Shown here one piece after another: positions 1-9,755 of a stretch of 64,000 nt of DNA; the first letter of the stretch is position 1; each line of letters opens with the position of its first letter. Position numbers and translations under genes: made by a program. Below the pieces are notes generated by a model, which saw nothing but the letters and a program-made list of their open reading frames with translations, was not told where the DNA came from and searched no databases. The stretch lies in NCBI GenBank assembly GCA_965218435.1, contig CBDCKW010000009.1, positions 512,001 to 576,000 on the forward strand, written 5' to 3'. Source of the DNA: Truepera sp. (lineage in GTDB: Bacteria; Deinococcota; Deinococci; Deinococcales; Trueperaceae).

Positions 1-375
1 CGCCGGTTTGAGAGGATGATCGAACGGCGTGTTGACGCCCGTGGCGACTTCTCCGCTGTGTTACAGCGCCTCGCCGCGCTCCGCGCCCCGGCGGTCTTTT
101 TGCTCGAGGACGTCATGGTTGACACGAACCTAACCCGCGACCAGGTAATGATGACGCTGAACCTCCTCAGTGAAGCGCCCTTTCACCTCGTCAGCCGGGT
201 AGACAGCGGTGAGTTCTCTTTGCGGCAAGGTGTCTTTGAAAACTTGACGCAGCTTTCAGACTACGCGCTTTCGCTGACTGAGCGCCTGCCCGCACGCCGC
301 ACCGAACACGTACGCGGAAACGCCGCCCTCATCGAAGGATCGGCACCCACGGTCAGAAAGCCGGTGTCGTCTTAG
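1..375 (+). CDS. Hypothetical protein, probably the 3' part of a gene starting before the window
   Basis: Frame is open from base 1 (RRFERMIERR...) to TAG at 375; no clear RBS before ATG 16; no family recognised. Confidence 0.5.
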   Translation, partial: RRFERMIERRVDARGDFSAVLQRLAALRAPAVFLLEDVMVDTNLTRDQVMMTLNLLSEAPFHLVSRVDSGEFSLRQGVFENLTQLSDYALSLTERLPARRTEHVRGNAALIEGSAPTVRKPVSS

Positions 376-612
376 TCGGTTTGAGCTTGCTCGGTCTTAG
401 GTCAGTTGGACGCGTTTGCGGCACCTGAGAGAAGTCAGAAGTTGGCGGCTTGACTGAGAAACCAGTTTCGCTCACACATTTAAGGCGTAATGACATAGCA
501 TTTGTGGGATTGACACAAATATCATCCCAGAACACACGTGTTGGTCAGCGAAATCTATCTTGAGCGCGTTTCCAACCAGGTAATACCTGCCAAAAAAAGG
601 TAAACTGCGTAT

Positions 613-642
613 AAAAAAGCCCCTCAGGTGAGGGGCTTTTTT
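613..642. terminator. Bidirectional intrinsic terminator
   Basis: A6-GCCCCTC-aggt-GAGGGGC-T6 between convergent genes. Confidence 0.9.
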
Positions 643-680
643 ATGATTGTATAGGTTTGAGTACGTCGTTTAAGCGTAAC

Positions 681-1811
681 TTAGGGGCGGAAGTTAAAAC
701 CTGCGGCAACGGTCGGGTAGATGTCTTGGCTATACCCCGGAACGGTGATTGGATCGAAGTAGTAGTCGGCGGTACCTTCAACGAAGAAGGTGATCGGGCC
801 GTTGCCGAACTCTGCGCCGAGCAGCGCACCGGCAAACGGACCTTCGTTGACGCCCGAATTGAAGAGCACGTCGGCAAACTGATAACCGCCGCCGACCCCG
901 AGGTAAGCACTGACGCCGCCCGTACCGAGCGTATAGGTCAGGTGACCTGAAGTGGCGAGCGAACCGGATTGGATAAGAGACTGACGACCGTAGTCGGCTG
1001 CGGCGCGGATGCCAAAGCCGGAGACGATGTTGTCAATCCCGATTTTGACGCGGGGACGGAAACGGAGATTATCAACCGCATTGATTTCGTAAAACGAGCC
1101 GATACCGAGGTAGAACTTGCCGCGTGCGCTGCTGACGGCAACTGCCGCAGGAGCAGAGACCGGCGGCTTGACGGTGACTGCCGGTTCTTCGGGGGTCGGT
1201 GTTGGGGCAGCCGTACTCGCGCTGCCAAGTTGATTGCGGAGGTTGTTGACCTGCTTGTTAAGAGCTGTGACCTGCTCTTGCAGCGCAGTGACGTCGGGGC
1301 TGGGGGCGGTGGGTGCCGGAGCCTGCTCGAGTGCGGCGACGCGGCCTTCAAGCGCGGTCAGCGAATCGGCGAGGTTGCCTGAAGGTGCAGCCTGCTCGAG
1401 CGCGGTCACCCGTTTCGTCAATGCACTTAGGGCTTCGCCGCCTTTGGGGGCGTTCTCGAGGGCGCTAATCCGGTCGGTCAGTGAACCGAGTTGGTTTTGC
1501 AGTTCGGCAACCGCATTGTTGACTGTAGCCAAATCCTCTTCACTTAGGGCTTTGGCGGCAGCGTTGTTTTCGTCAATGACGCTGAGGAGGCGGCTGACGA
1601 CAAGCGCAGCCTGATAACGCGTGAAGGCTTCGTTGCCACGAAAGGTACCGTCCGGAAAGCCGTTGACGATCCCCAACTCGGCAAGTTGCGAGACCGCGTC
1701 GGCGGCGTAAGCGTCGGCGGGCACGTCGGGAAAGCTGTTCTGCGCGAGCGCCCCCCCTAGTGTTCCACCAAGTACAAGCACGGCGGCCGATGTAAGTAAA
1801 CCTTTTTTCAT
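681..1811 (-). CDS. SLH-domain envelope protein (SLH + coiled coil + small beta-barrel; SlpA/OmpM-like architecture)
   Basis: Signal peptide (ALA-Q); SLH motif FPDVP...GIVNGFPDGTFRG...TRYQAAL; heptad coiled coil; about 8 amphipathic C-terminal strands ending GFNFRP. Confidence 0.85.
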   Translation of the reverse strand: MKKGLLTSAAVLVLGGTLGGALAQNSFPDVPADAYAADAVSQLAELGIVNGFPDGTFRGNEAFTRYQAALVVSRLLSVIDENNAAAKALSEEDLATVNNAVAELQNQLGSLTDRISALENAPKGGEALSALTKRVTALEQAAPSGNLADSLTALEGRVAALEQAPAPTAPSPDVTALQEQVTALNKQVNNLRNQLGSASTAAPTPTPEEPAVTVKPPVSAPAAVAVSSARGKFYLGIGSFYEINAVDNLRFRPRVKIGIDNIVSGFGIRAAADYGRQSLIQSGSLATSGHLTYTLGTGGVSAYLGVGGGYQFADVLFNSGVNEGPFAGALLGAEFGNGPITFFVEGTADYYFDPITVPGYSQDIYPTVAAGFNFRP

Positions 1812-2067
1812 CTAGGACCTCTTTTCTGGTACCGAGTGTAACAGCCTCGGCCACTGCTGGGCAACACTACCGGTCTAACCGTACGGGCCTGCCGACCGAT
1901 AGTGAACTCAAAGGGTACGCTAGCAACCAGAGTACCCGCGTCACACTAACCTGCCCTACAAAAAGTATGATGAGTTCACCTTAATACCGAGCTGTCTCTA
2001 CCTTTAATAACTTCTTAAAGTCTGCTTAGAGGGTGACTTAACGCGTCAGGGACTACCGTCTTAAGCT

Positions 2068-2096
2068 AAAAAAGCGTGCGCTAGACGGCCCACGCT
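2068..2096 (-). terminator. Probable terminator of the suf operon
   Basis: AGCGTG...CACGCT stem followed by a T-run on the minus strand, just after the Rieske gene. Confidence 0.55.
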
Positions 2097-2116
2097 ATAA
2101 CTTGAACCAACCGCTG

Positions 2117-2434
2117 CTAAACTGTTTGAACCGAGACGAAGACGCGCCCGTCTCGAACCTCAGTTTGGTAAAGCTGGACTTTTTTAATCGCAGGCAGCGT
2201 CGCTTTGCCCGTTTCTAAGTTGAACTTCGCGCCGTGCCACTCGCACTTGACCGCGCCTTCTAAGAGCTCGCCGGTATGAAGTGGGTACTCGCGGTGAGTA
2301 CAGCGGTCGGCGAGCGCGTAGAACTGCCCGTCCTGATAGACGACGAGTACAGCTTCCCCCTCGACCTCTACAGAGCGCATCGAATCGTCGGGAAAGTCAC
2401 CCACAGCGCCGATATCGGTAAATGTCTCGGTCAT
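2117..2434 (-). CDS. Rieske [2Fe-2S] ferredoxin associated with suf
   Basis: CTH...CEWH Rieske ligands; last gene after sufD. Confidence 0.9.
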   Translation of the reverse strand: MTETFTDIGAVGDFPDDSMRSVEVEGEAVLVVYQDGQFYALADRCTHREYPLHTGELLEGAVKCEWHGAKFNLETGKATLPAIKKVQLYQTEVRDGRVFVSVQTV

Positions 2435-2486
2435 AAACAAGGGGACACAAGCGTTGCGTTATCGCTTGCTCGTCCGTCACTCCTTC

Positions 2487-3800
2487 CTAAAGCTTCTCGT
2501 CTACACCCGGTACCCCGAGCTTGGCCTGAACGATGCGTTCGACGTACTCGGCGACTTTGGGCAGCGTGACGCGGCTCGTAACTTCGTGCAAGAAGCCGGT
2601 GACGAGGACGTGTTCGGCGACTTCGGGCGCAAGGCCACGGCTCATCAGGTAAAACCGCTGGTCTTCAGGGACCGGCGAGGTCGTTGACCCGTGTGAACAG
2701 CGTACGTCGTTTGCGCCGATTTCTAGCTGCGGAATACTCACCGCGTCCGAGCCCGAATCGAGTAGCAGGTTGCGGTTCGTTTGGTAGGCGTCGGTCTTTT
2801 GTGCGCCCTCGTCTACTCGAATCATGCCCGAGTAAACCGCGGTCGAGCCGTCGCGCAAGGCACCCTTAAAGAGCAGGTCGCTGTGCGCGTGGTCGGCGTG
2901 GTGGTGCTGCAAGGTATACTGGTTGTAGTGCTGACCCTTGTCGGCAAAATAAAGTCCCAACATTTCAGACTCTGCGCCGGGACCGTCCATAACGCACTCG
3001 ACTTCGGCGCGGGCAGCGTCGGCCCCCAAAGAGACGGTGAGGGACTCGAGCCGACTGTTCCGGTCTAGCCGCGCTTTGATGCGGCTGATCTGCGCGACCG
3101 TCCGGCTCCAGTTTTGCAGCGACACGTAGCGCAAGTTCGCGCCGTCGCCCAAGATGATCTCGACCGACCCCGTGCTAAGGAGCCGTTCGCCGAACTCTTC
3201 AGAAGTGTATTCGTCAATAAACGTCGCTTTGGCGTTGGCACCCAGCACAATCAGCGTACGCGGCGCACTGAGGCCGCCCGCATCTGCTGAGTAAAACGCG
3301 CCTAGAGGTAGCGCAACCTCGGTATTTTTCGGCACGTATAAAAACGTCCCATTTTGCCACACCGCCGCGTTCAGCGCCGTGTATTTAGACTGCGTGGCGT
3401 TCACAACGCTGTAAAGGTACGTTTTCACGAGGTCTTCGTGCTCACGCAGCGCAGAGCGCAGGTCAGTAAAGATCACGCCTGCTTCGCTGATTTTCGAGTC
3501 GCGGTAGACAACCTCGCCGCCCTTGTAGACCAAGACGCCTTCAGCGTCGGAGTCGGTAATGCGCGTTTCGATGCGTTTAGAGACGTTGGTGTCCGCCGGC
3601 GCAGAGACGAGTTCTAAACCGTCTAACGCAAACCGCTTCATCTGCGTGTAACGCCAGTTTTCGTCGCGGTTGGTGGGAAAAGGCATCTTTTCAAAACTGC
3701 GGAGCGCCGCGCGGCGCTCGTCGGCGAGCCACGTAGGTTCATTGTTGTGCTTGACGATCCCCTCGATAACTTGGGGGGAAAGCGTTTGGGTTTGACTCAT
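2487..3800 (-). CDS. sufD: Fe-S cluster assembly protein SufD
   Basis: ENWRYT, QKTDAYQTNRNLLL, PQLEIGANDVRCSHG, FYLMSRG motifs. Confidence 0.95.
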   Translation of the reverse strand: MSQTQTLSPQVIEGIVKHNNEPTWLADERRAALRSFEKMPFPTNRDENWRYTQMKRFALDGLELVSAPADTNVSKRIETRITDSDAEGVLVYKGGEVVYRDSKISEAGVIFTDLRSALREHEDLVKTYLYSVVNATQSKYTALNAAVWQNGTFLYVPKNTEVALPLGAFYSADAGGLSAPRTLIVLGANAKATFIDEYTSEEFGERLLSTGSVEIILGDGANLRYVSLQNWSRTVAQISRIKARLDRNSRLESLTVSLGADAARAEVECVMDGPGAESEMLGLYFADKGQHYNQYTLQHHHADHAHSDLLFKGALRDGSTAVYSGMIRVDEGAQKTDAYQTNRNLLLDSGSDAVSIPQLEIGANDVRCSHGSTTSPVPEDQRFYLMSRGLAPEVAEHVLVTGFLHEVTSRVTLPKVAEYVERIVQAKLGVPGVDEKL

Positions 3801-4252
3801 AAAGTCCTTTCTTGGAGCAAAGCTTGGAGGCGGGTGGCGAGGGCGTTACGGGTAGTAAGCGGCACAATCTCGGCTTCGGGAATGCCTAAGTAATCGAAAA
3901 TGCGAGGCCCCTTTTTGTCGTCCGGCAACTCGACCATTCTTGGAATGACGTGAAAGTGAACATGCGAGTGCTCCACCTTTTCAGCAAATAAAACCGTGTA
4001 GGTTTTCACCGCGCCCGTCACCTCTTGCAGCGCCCTCGAGACACGGTGCAAAAACGGCCCAAAACTTGCAGTTTCAGCCTCGGTTAGTTCAGCAAAGCTC
4101 GCTACATGCCGCATTGAAACGACGACCAACCAACCTGGGAGTGAGGTATCAAACGCGTGAGCCACGCGCCAGTGCTCAGTTTCATAGACACGTTCACAGA
4201 GCGGTTCTTGGTGCCGGATGGCGGTGAGGTGGCAGGTCATGCAAGTTGTCAT
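3797..4252 (-). CDS. HIT family hydrolase
   Basis: N-terminal CxxC and the HVHFHVIPR histidine triad; its stop overlaps the sufD ATG. Confidence 0.9.
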   Translation of the reverse strand: MTTCMTCHLTAIRHQEPLCERVYETEHWRVAHAFDTSLPGWLVVVSMRHVASFAELTEAETASFGPFLHRVSRALQEVTGAVKTYTVLFAEKVEHSHVHFHVIPRMVELPDDKKGPRIFDYLGIPEAEIVPLTTRNALATRLQALLQERTL

Positions 4253-4261
4253 AAGAATGTC

Positions 4262-4519
4262 CTAACGTCGGTAGACATCTTTGCGGTGCGCGACTTTAAG
4301 GGCAGTAATCTCCTGCTTTGCCGCATCTACGTTGTAAACGACGCGGTAATCACCGATACGGACGCGGTAACTGGCTTCACCTACCAACTTTTTGCTAGGG
4401 ACGGCAGCGGGGTCGTTTTGCAGCTTAAGGAGTGCAGTGAGTATACGCCGCTGAACCTCAACTGGTAACGCTTGTAAATCTTTCTCCGCGCGTCTATCGA
4501 AATGGAGCGAATAGGCCAC
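4262..4519 (-). CDS. RelE/ParE family type II toxin
   Basis: 85 aa; YRVRIGDYRVVY...VAHRKDVYR RelE signature. Confidence 0.9.
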   Translation of the reverse strand: MAYSLHFDRRAEKDLQALPVEVQRRILTALLKLQNDPAAVPSKKLVGEASYRVRIGDYRVVYNVDAAKQEITALKVAHRKDVYRR

Positions 4520-4725
4520 TAAAGACCTAAACGCTCCTTCATCTCATCGAGTGAAATCGTCTCACCGTCACGTCTTTCGGCTAGAACTCGCCTGTGCCAC
4601 GCTTCCTCGAGCAACTCTTCGTACTCTTCAACGGTCAAAAGCACGTGGGTACGTTTACCCTCAGCATCCGTAAGGTAATGATGATGGTCGAGCGTGTTGT
4701 CAGGGGTTTCAAAGGTATCTGCCAT
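4519..4725 (-). CDS. Cognate antitoxin of the RelE toxin
   Basis: 68 aa, acidic (YLTDAEGKRTHVLLTVEEYEELLE...ETISLDEMKERLGL); stop overlaps the toxin start. Confidence 0.8.
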   Translation of the reverse strand: MADTFETPDNTLDHHHYLTDAEGKRTHVLLTVEEYEELLEEAWHRRVLAERRDGETISLDEMKERLGL

Positions 4726-4739
4726 AAATACTCGCCGGT

Positions 4740-6155
4740 TTAGCCGACTGACCCTTCCATCTCGAGTTCAATCAAACGGTTGAGTTCGACAGCGTACTCG
4801 AGCGGCAGTTCTTTGGCAACCGGCTCTAAAAACCCGCGAACGATCAGGGCGGCGGCTTCGGCTTGTTCCAACCCACGCGATTGCAGGTAAAAAATTTGCT
4901 CGTCGTTGAGTTTTGAAACCGACGCTTCGTGCCCGACGTGCGCCGTCTTCTCGTCAATCTGAATGTACGGATAAGTGTCCGTTTTGGCAGTGTCGTCTAG
5001 CAGCAGTGCGTCACACTCAACGTTGCTCCGGGCACCCGTCGCACCTTCATGAATCTCAACCAACCCACGGTATGAGCTGCGCCCGCCGTCTTTGGAGATA
5101 GACTTTGACACGACGCTGCTGCTCGTATGCGGCGCAGCGTGAACCATCTTCGCACCCGCGTCTTGGTGCTGCCCGTCACCGGCAAAGGCGATAGACAAAA
5201 CCTCGCCCCTTGCGCCCTCTTCCATCAGGTAGCAAGACGGGTACTTCATTGTCACCTTCGAGCCGAGGTTACCGTCGAGCCAGCCCATCGAGGCATTTTT
5301 GTAGACCAGCGCCCGCTGCGTCACGAGGTTGTAGACGTTGTGCGACCAGTTTTGAATCGTCGAGTAACGTACCTGGCTGCGCTCTTTGCAGATAATCTCG
5401 ATCACGCCCGAGTGAAACGAATCCGAGTTGTAGGTCGGGGCGGTGCAGCCTTCGATGTAGTGAAACTTCGAGCCTTCTTCACCGATAATCAGCGTCCGCT
5501 CAAACTGGCCCATGCTCTGCGCGTTGATTAAAAAGTACGCTTGCAGCGGCACCTCAACCTCGACACCTGCCGGAACGTAAACGAATGACCCACCCGACCA
5601 CGCGGCGGAGTTGACGGCGGCGAAATAGTTGTCTTCAGGTGGGACGACCGTCGCAAAGTGTTCCTTAAAAAGTTCTGGGTACTTCTGCACCGCCGAATCG
5701 GTGTCAGCGAAGATCACGCCCTTTTTCTCCCACTCTTCTTTAAGCGAGTGGTAGACCATTTCAGACTCGTACTGTGCGCCGACGCCTGCTAGGGCTTTTT
5801 GCTCAGCCTCGGGAATACCGAGTCTGCGGTAGGTTTCGCGGACCTCTTCGGGTACGTCGTCCCACGAGTTGGTTCCGGCTTTGTCTTGCGGGCGAATATA
5901 GAAGTAGATGTCGTCGAAGTTCAGGCGGCTGAGGTCGGGTCCCCACTTGGGACGGCCTTTTTTCTCGGCAATCTCGAGCGCCTTAAGCCGGAACTTGAGC
6001 ATCCATTCGGGCTCGTTTTTGTGATAAGAAATCTGCTCGATCACGCGGCGGTTAAGGCCCTTTTCAGAGCGGAAAAAGTATTCTTCGGGCAGGCTGAACT
6101 CGTACTGGCGTTCGTGCTGCATTCCTTGCAAATTGGTGCCTGATGTGTCGGCCAT
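4740..6155 (-). CDS. sufB: Fe-S cluster assembly protein SufB
   Basis: [50 protein letters not shown]. Confidence 0.97.
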   Translation of the reverse strand: MADTSGTNLQGMQHERQYEFSLPEEYFFRSEKGLNRRVIEQISYHKNEPEWMLKFRLKALEIAEKKGRPKWGPDLSRLNFDDIYFYIRPQDKAGTNSWDDVPEEVRETYRRLGIPEAEQKALAGVGAQYESEMVYHSLKEEWEKKGVIFADTDSAVQKYPELFKEHFATVVPPEDNYFAAVNSAAWSGGSFVYVPAGVEVEVPLQAYFLINAQSMGQFERTLIIGEEGSKFHYIEGCTAPTYNSDSFHSGVIEIICKERSQVRYSTIQNWSHNVYNLVTQRALVYKNASMGWLDGNLGSKVTMKYPSCYLMEEGARGEVLSIAFAGDGQHQDAGAKMVHAAPHTSSSVVSKSISKDGGRSSYRGLVEIHEGATGARSNVECDALLLDDTAKTDTYPYIQIDEKTAHVGHEASVSKLNDEQIFYLQSRGLEQAEAAALIVRGFLEPVAKELPLEYAVELNRLIELEMEGSVG

Positions 6156-6256
6156 AGTGTTGATATCTCCCTCAGTAATGCGTTGGTGTAGAGGCTGTTT
6201 TAGGTGTTTCCCGTTGAAGTGATGCGCCGCTAAGCTAAGGCTCGAGTCAATAGCCC

Positions 6257-7021
6257 TTACGCGCCGACCGCTTCTTGCTCCTCGCGGAGCCAGTCGTAAC
6301 CGCGTTCGTCAAGTTCCATCGCCAGCTCTTTGGGGCCTTCTTTAATGATTTTGCCCCGGTACATCACGTGGACTCTGTCGGGCACGATGTAGTTCAAGAG
6401 GCGCTGATAGTGCGTGATAACGAGCGCGCCGAACTCGGGGCCGCGCGCCGCGTTGACCCCTTGCGACACGACTTTAAGCGCGTCTACGTCTAAGCCCGAG
6501 TCGGTTTCGTCCAGCAGGGCGTATTTGGGCTCTAAAACCAGCAGTTGCAACACCTCACTGCGTTTCTTTTCGCCGCCGGAAAAGCCTTCGTTGAGGTAAC
6601 GCTCTAAAATGTTTTCGTCCCAGTGGAGTTCTTTAACGGCCTTTTGGACCTTGTTGTAAAAGTCCATCACACCGATTTCATCACCTTCGTTACGGCGAGC
6701 GTTAAGTGCCAACCGTAAAAAGTTCGCCATCGAGACGCCCGGCACCTCGACGGGATACTGAAACGCCAAGTAGACCCCGGCGCGGGCACGTTCGTCGGGT
6801 TCCAATTCTAAGACGCTCTCGCCGTCAATCAAAACCTCACCCTCAGTAACTTCGTAGGCCGGGTCACCGGCGATGACCTTAGAAAGCGTTGATTTACCCG
6901 AACCGTTGGGTCCCATCAGTGCGTGAACTTCGCCTTTAGGAATGACCAAATCAACGCCGCGCAGGATCGGGTCGCCGTTGATGGTGGCGTGAAGGTTACG
7001 AATTTCCAGCGTTTGACTCAT
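6257..7021 (-). CDS. sufC: Fe-S cluster assembly ATPase SufC
   Basis: [38 protein letters not shown]. Confidence 0.97.
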   Translation of the reverse strand: MSQTLEIRNLHATINGDPILRGVDLVIPKGEVHALMGPNGSGKSTLSKVIAGDPAYEVTEGEVLIDGESVLELEPDERARAGVYLAFQYPVEVPGVSMANFLRLALNARRNEGDEIGVMDFYNKVQKAVKELHWDENILERYLNEGFSGGEKKRSEVLQLLVLEPKYALLDETDSGLDVDALKVVSQGVNAARGPEFGALVITHYQRLLNYIVPDRVHVMYRGKIIKEGPKELAMELDERGYDWLREEQEAVGA

Positions 7022-7071
7022 CTTGACCTCGCTTGTAATTGAGACGGTAACAGGGACTGCTCGAGCCCTTT

Positions 7072-7097
7072 TTAGGACTCATTCCGAATTAAGTATA
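7072..7097 (-). promoter_or_regulatory. suf promoter -10 (TATACT, 7092-7097) with an adjacent imperfect 17-bp palindrome, a candidate operator
   Basis: TTAGGACTCATTCCGAA at 7072-7088 is 12/17 self-complementary and covers the predicted transcription start. Confidence 0.5.
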
Positions 7098-7366
7098 CAC
7101 CGTGCGCCTATATGCGCCTAGTGTGCGGTTAGACAATCTATAGTAGTGGGGTAGGAATTAAAGCTTGGTCGGGTTGGAGACGTAGGTGAGGGATGAAAAC
7201 CGCCATTTGCAAAGAGCGTCAAATACAAGCAGCTCGAGCAAATTCATGAGCTTGTCTTCGGATACTAAAGTATCTGTGCTTGTCGCCACGCCGTAACTAT
7301 ACAAACGACCTTTTTTTCTACCGAGCTGCATAATTCCAAACAACGATTTAAGAAAGCTGCCAGAAC

Positions 7367-8299
7367 TTAGCTTGACAGTGCAGCTAACGTCTTCGCCAAG
7401 CGCATCCGGCGGAGCGCGAGTTCGTTGGGTAACACAGTTAGTGCCCGCGCGTAGGCTAACAGGTCGCGGTGTAGCCCGTAAAAAGTAAGCCGCTTTTCTT
7501 CCCACCGTGACAGTGCGCCGTAGCCCGCTAAAAAGGCGTCTCGGCAACCGTAAGCCTCGAGCTCAGGCAGCAGCGCGGCGAGGTCGGTCATGGGGTCGCT
7601 GCGGCGGGCGTCGCCAAAGTCGAGGGCGGCTACTACGTCGGCCCTCTCGAGGTCGTAGAGAAACGCGTTGAGTCCCGGATGACCGTGCGTCAGGGTAATC
7701 GGCGCGTCCCGGAGGAGCGACCGGCCCCGCGCTAGTGCTGAGACCAACTTGGGCGTATCGAGCATATAATCTTTGACCGCGAGACGTAGGGGCATCTTCC
7801 AAAGCGCGGCAAAGTCATCTTCCAAACGCACGCCGCTCGTCTCTGGGCAGGCGAGGTCTCCGGCTAGCTCAAAGCGGGTGCGGTGCAAAAAGCGTATGGC
7901 CGCGCCCCAAGCGGCGGCGATACGCTCAGACTCTGCCGAGCTGGGCTGCGGCCAAACGTCGGCTAGGGTTGGGACGTCCAGATATTGAGTGATGAGGTAA
8001 GGGTACTCGAGCCGCGTCAAACTCGTGTCGGCGCGCACGAGCGGCGTGCTAAACCCGCCTAGTAGCCCGATCGCAGCGGCGCAGCGTGCGACTCTCGGCT
8101 GGTCCGGCGCACGCTGGTTGATCCACAGCACCTGCTCCGCGCCCCCCTCGAGCTGCACATAATAGGCGGCGTCTAAAGGTTCGGCGGCGAGGCGTCGCCA
8201 TAGGCGGACCGGCGCACTAAAAACCCGCGTCAGACGTTCGGGTACATTTAGCGTACCGGCCACGCTGCGAGTCCGCTTGTGCGCTGCTAGCTGCGTCAT
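7367..8299 (-). CDS. Aminoglycoside phosphotransferase/choline kinase-like protein with a degenerate catalytic loop
   Basis: PYLITQY, LTHGHPGLNAFL, ALDFGDARRSDPMTDLA. Confidence 0.75.
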   Translation of the reverse strand: MTQLAAHKRTRSVAGTLNVPERLTRVFSAPVRLWRRLAAEPLDAAYYVQLEGGAEQVLWINQRAPDQPRVARCAAAIGLLGGFSTPLVRADTSLTRLEYPYLITQYLDVPTLADVWPQPSSAESERIAAAWGAAIRFLHRTRFELAGDLACPETSGVRLEDDFAALWKMPLRLAVKDYMLDTPKLVSALARGRSLLRDAPITLTHGHPGLNAFLYDLERADVVAALDFGDARRSDPMTDLAALLPELEAYGCRDAFLAGYGALSRWEEKRLTFYGLHRDLLAYARALTVLPNELALRRMRLAKTLAALSS

Positions 8300-8485
8300 T
8301 CGTTACCTGCTTTGTGCTGCCCGAACGTACTATACCTTTTTCAGCCCTTATTGTCAGCTACGGCTCCGGCTATAGAAACCTTAGGAATCTTGTGGAAACA
8401 CCCACGTCACCTCCTTGCCCTGACGATCAGGGTTGCAGCGCCGAAGCCCTGTGCTTTCTAGGCCCCATACGTTAGGCTCGAGGAC

Positions 8486-9736
8486 ATGAACATCTTTCAG
8501 GCCGCTGCGCTCCTCCTAAGCTTGACCGCATTTTTTGCTTACCTCAACGCGCGTTTTCTCAAACTGTCGCCCGCTGTGGGCAGCTTGCTGGTCTCGCTCG
8601 TCTTGTCGCTCGGGCTAATTCTTTTCGGCAGCACCGGCTTTGTCGGAAACGCCGAGAGTTTTTTGACGCAGCTCGACTTTAACGACCTGGTGCTTCAGGG
8701 ACTGCTGAGCTTTTTACTCTTTGCCGGTGCGCTCAATGTTGATTTAGGCCGCCTCAGCCGCCTCAAATGGCCGATCCTGACGCTGGCGACGGTGGGGGTT
8801 GTCCTGTCAACGCTGCTGGTCGGCACGGTCATGTTCTTTTTACTCGAGCTTGTGGGCTTTTCGGTGTCGTATCCTTACGCCCTGCTGTTCGGCGCACTGA
8901 TCTCACCGACCGACCCGATTGCTGTCATCTCAATCTTAAAACGTGCGGGCGTTCCCGAAGCGACCGAAACGCTCATTACCGGCGAATCACTTTTTAACGA
9001 TGGGGTGGGCGTCGTGGTGTTTAGTGTGCTCTTGGGCACAGCGGCTACCGGGGAGCACGGCGGCGGGGGCCTCGCCGGAGGGCTGCTATTGTTTGTCCAA
9101 GAAGCGGTTGGCGGCGTCGTGTTCGGTCTTGTGATAGGCTTTATCGCCTACCGGCTGCTTAAAAGTATTGACGACTACGCCGCCGAAATCTTGATTACGC
9201 TGGCGGTGGTTACCGGCGGCTACGCGCTGGCGCAGTCGCTGCACACGTCGGGGCCGCTGGCGGTCGTCGTCGCCGGGCTTTTTATCGGCAACCGGGGACG
9301 TATGTTTGCAATGTCGAAGACGACACGTGAACACCTAGACACCTTTTGGGAGCTGATTGACGAAATTTTGAACGCGGTGCTGTTCGTGCTGATCGGCCTC
9401 GAGCTGCTCGTTTTAGACTTTCGCCCGAGTTACCTCTGGGCAGTGCTGTTAGCGATTCCGGTGGTCCTCGGCGCACGCCTCATCAGCGTCAATATCCCGA
9501 TCAGTTTGTTTCGGCTCCGCCGGACCTTTCACCCCTACACGGTGCGGCTGATGGTCTGGGGCGGCCTCCGGGGTGGGATTTCGGTCGCGCTGGCACTCTC
9601 TCTCCCGCCGAGCCCCGAGCGTGACCTGCTGATTGCGCTGACCTACGGGGTGGTGGTGTTTTCGGTGCTGGTGCAGGGGCTCACCGTCGGCCGGGTGGCG
9701 CGGCGGGCCAAAGTCAGGGTCCTTAAGTCGAACTGA
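8486..9736 (+). CDS. Na+/H+ antiporter, CPA1 (NhaP-like)
   Basis: About 12 TM segments; SPTDPIAV, GESLFNDG, WGGLRGGISVALAL. Confidence 0.92.
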   Translation: MNIFQAAALLLSLTAFFAYLNARFLKLSPAVGSLLVSLVLSLGLILFGSTGFVGNAESFLTQLDFNDLVLQGLLSFLLFAGALNVDLGRLSRLKWPILTLATVGVVLSTLLVGTVMFFLLELVGFSVSYPYALLFGALISPTDPIAVISILKRAGVPEATETLITGESLFNDGVGVVVFSVLLGTAATGEHGGGGLAGGLLLFVQEAVGGVVFGLVIGFIAYRLLKSIDDYAAEILITLAVVTGGYALAQSLHTSGPLAVVVAGLFIGNRGRMFAMSKTTREHLDTFWELIDEILNAVLFVLIGLELLVLDFRPSYLWAVLLAIPVVLGARLISVNIPISLFRLRRTFHPYTVRLMVWGGLRGGISVALALSLPPSPERDLLIALTYGVVVFSVLVQGLTVGRVARRAKVRVLKSN

Positions 9737-9755
9737 GCTTACTCACGCTCCAGGA

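Noticed and set aside
376..612. Small hairpins in the convergent spacer (ATTTGTG/CACAAAT, CAGGTA/TACCTG) as a possible sRNA
   Set aside because: The stems are short and I found no promoter or family resemblance
3790..7021. sufC and sufD both begin ATGAGTCAAAC; sufB and the antitoxin both begin MADT
   Set aside because: Too short to separate from chance or N-terminal codon bias; not positioned as a target-site duplication
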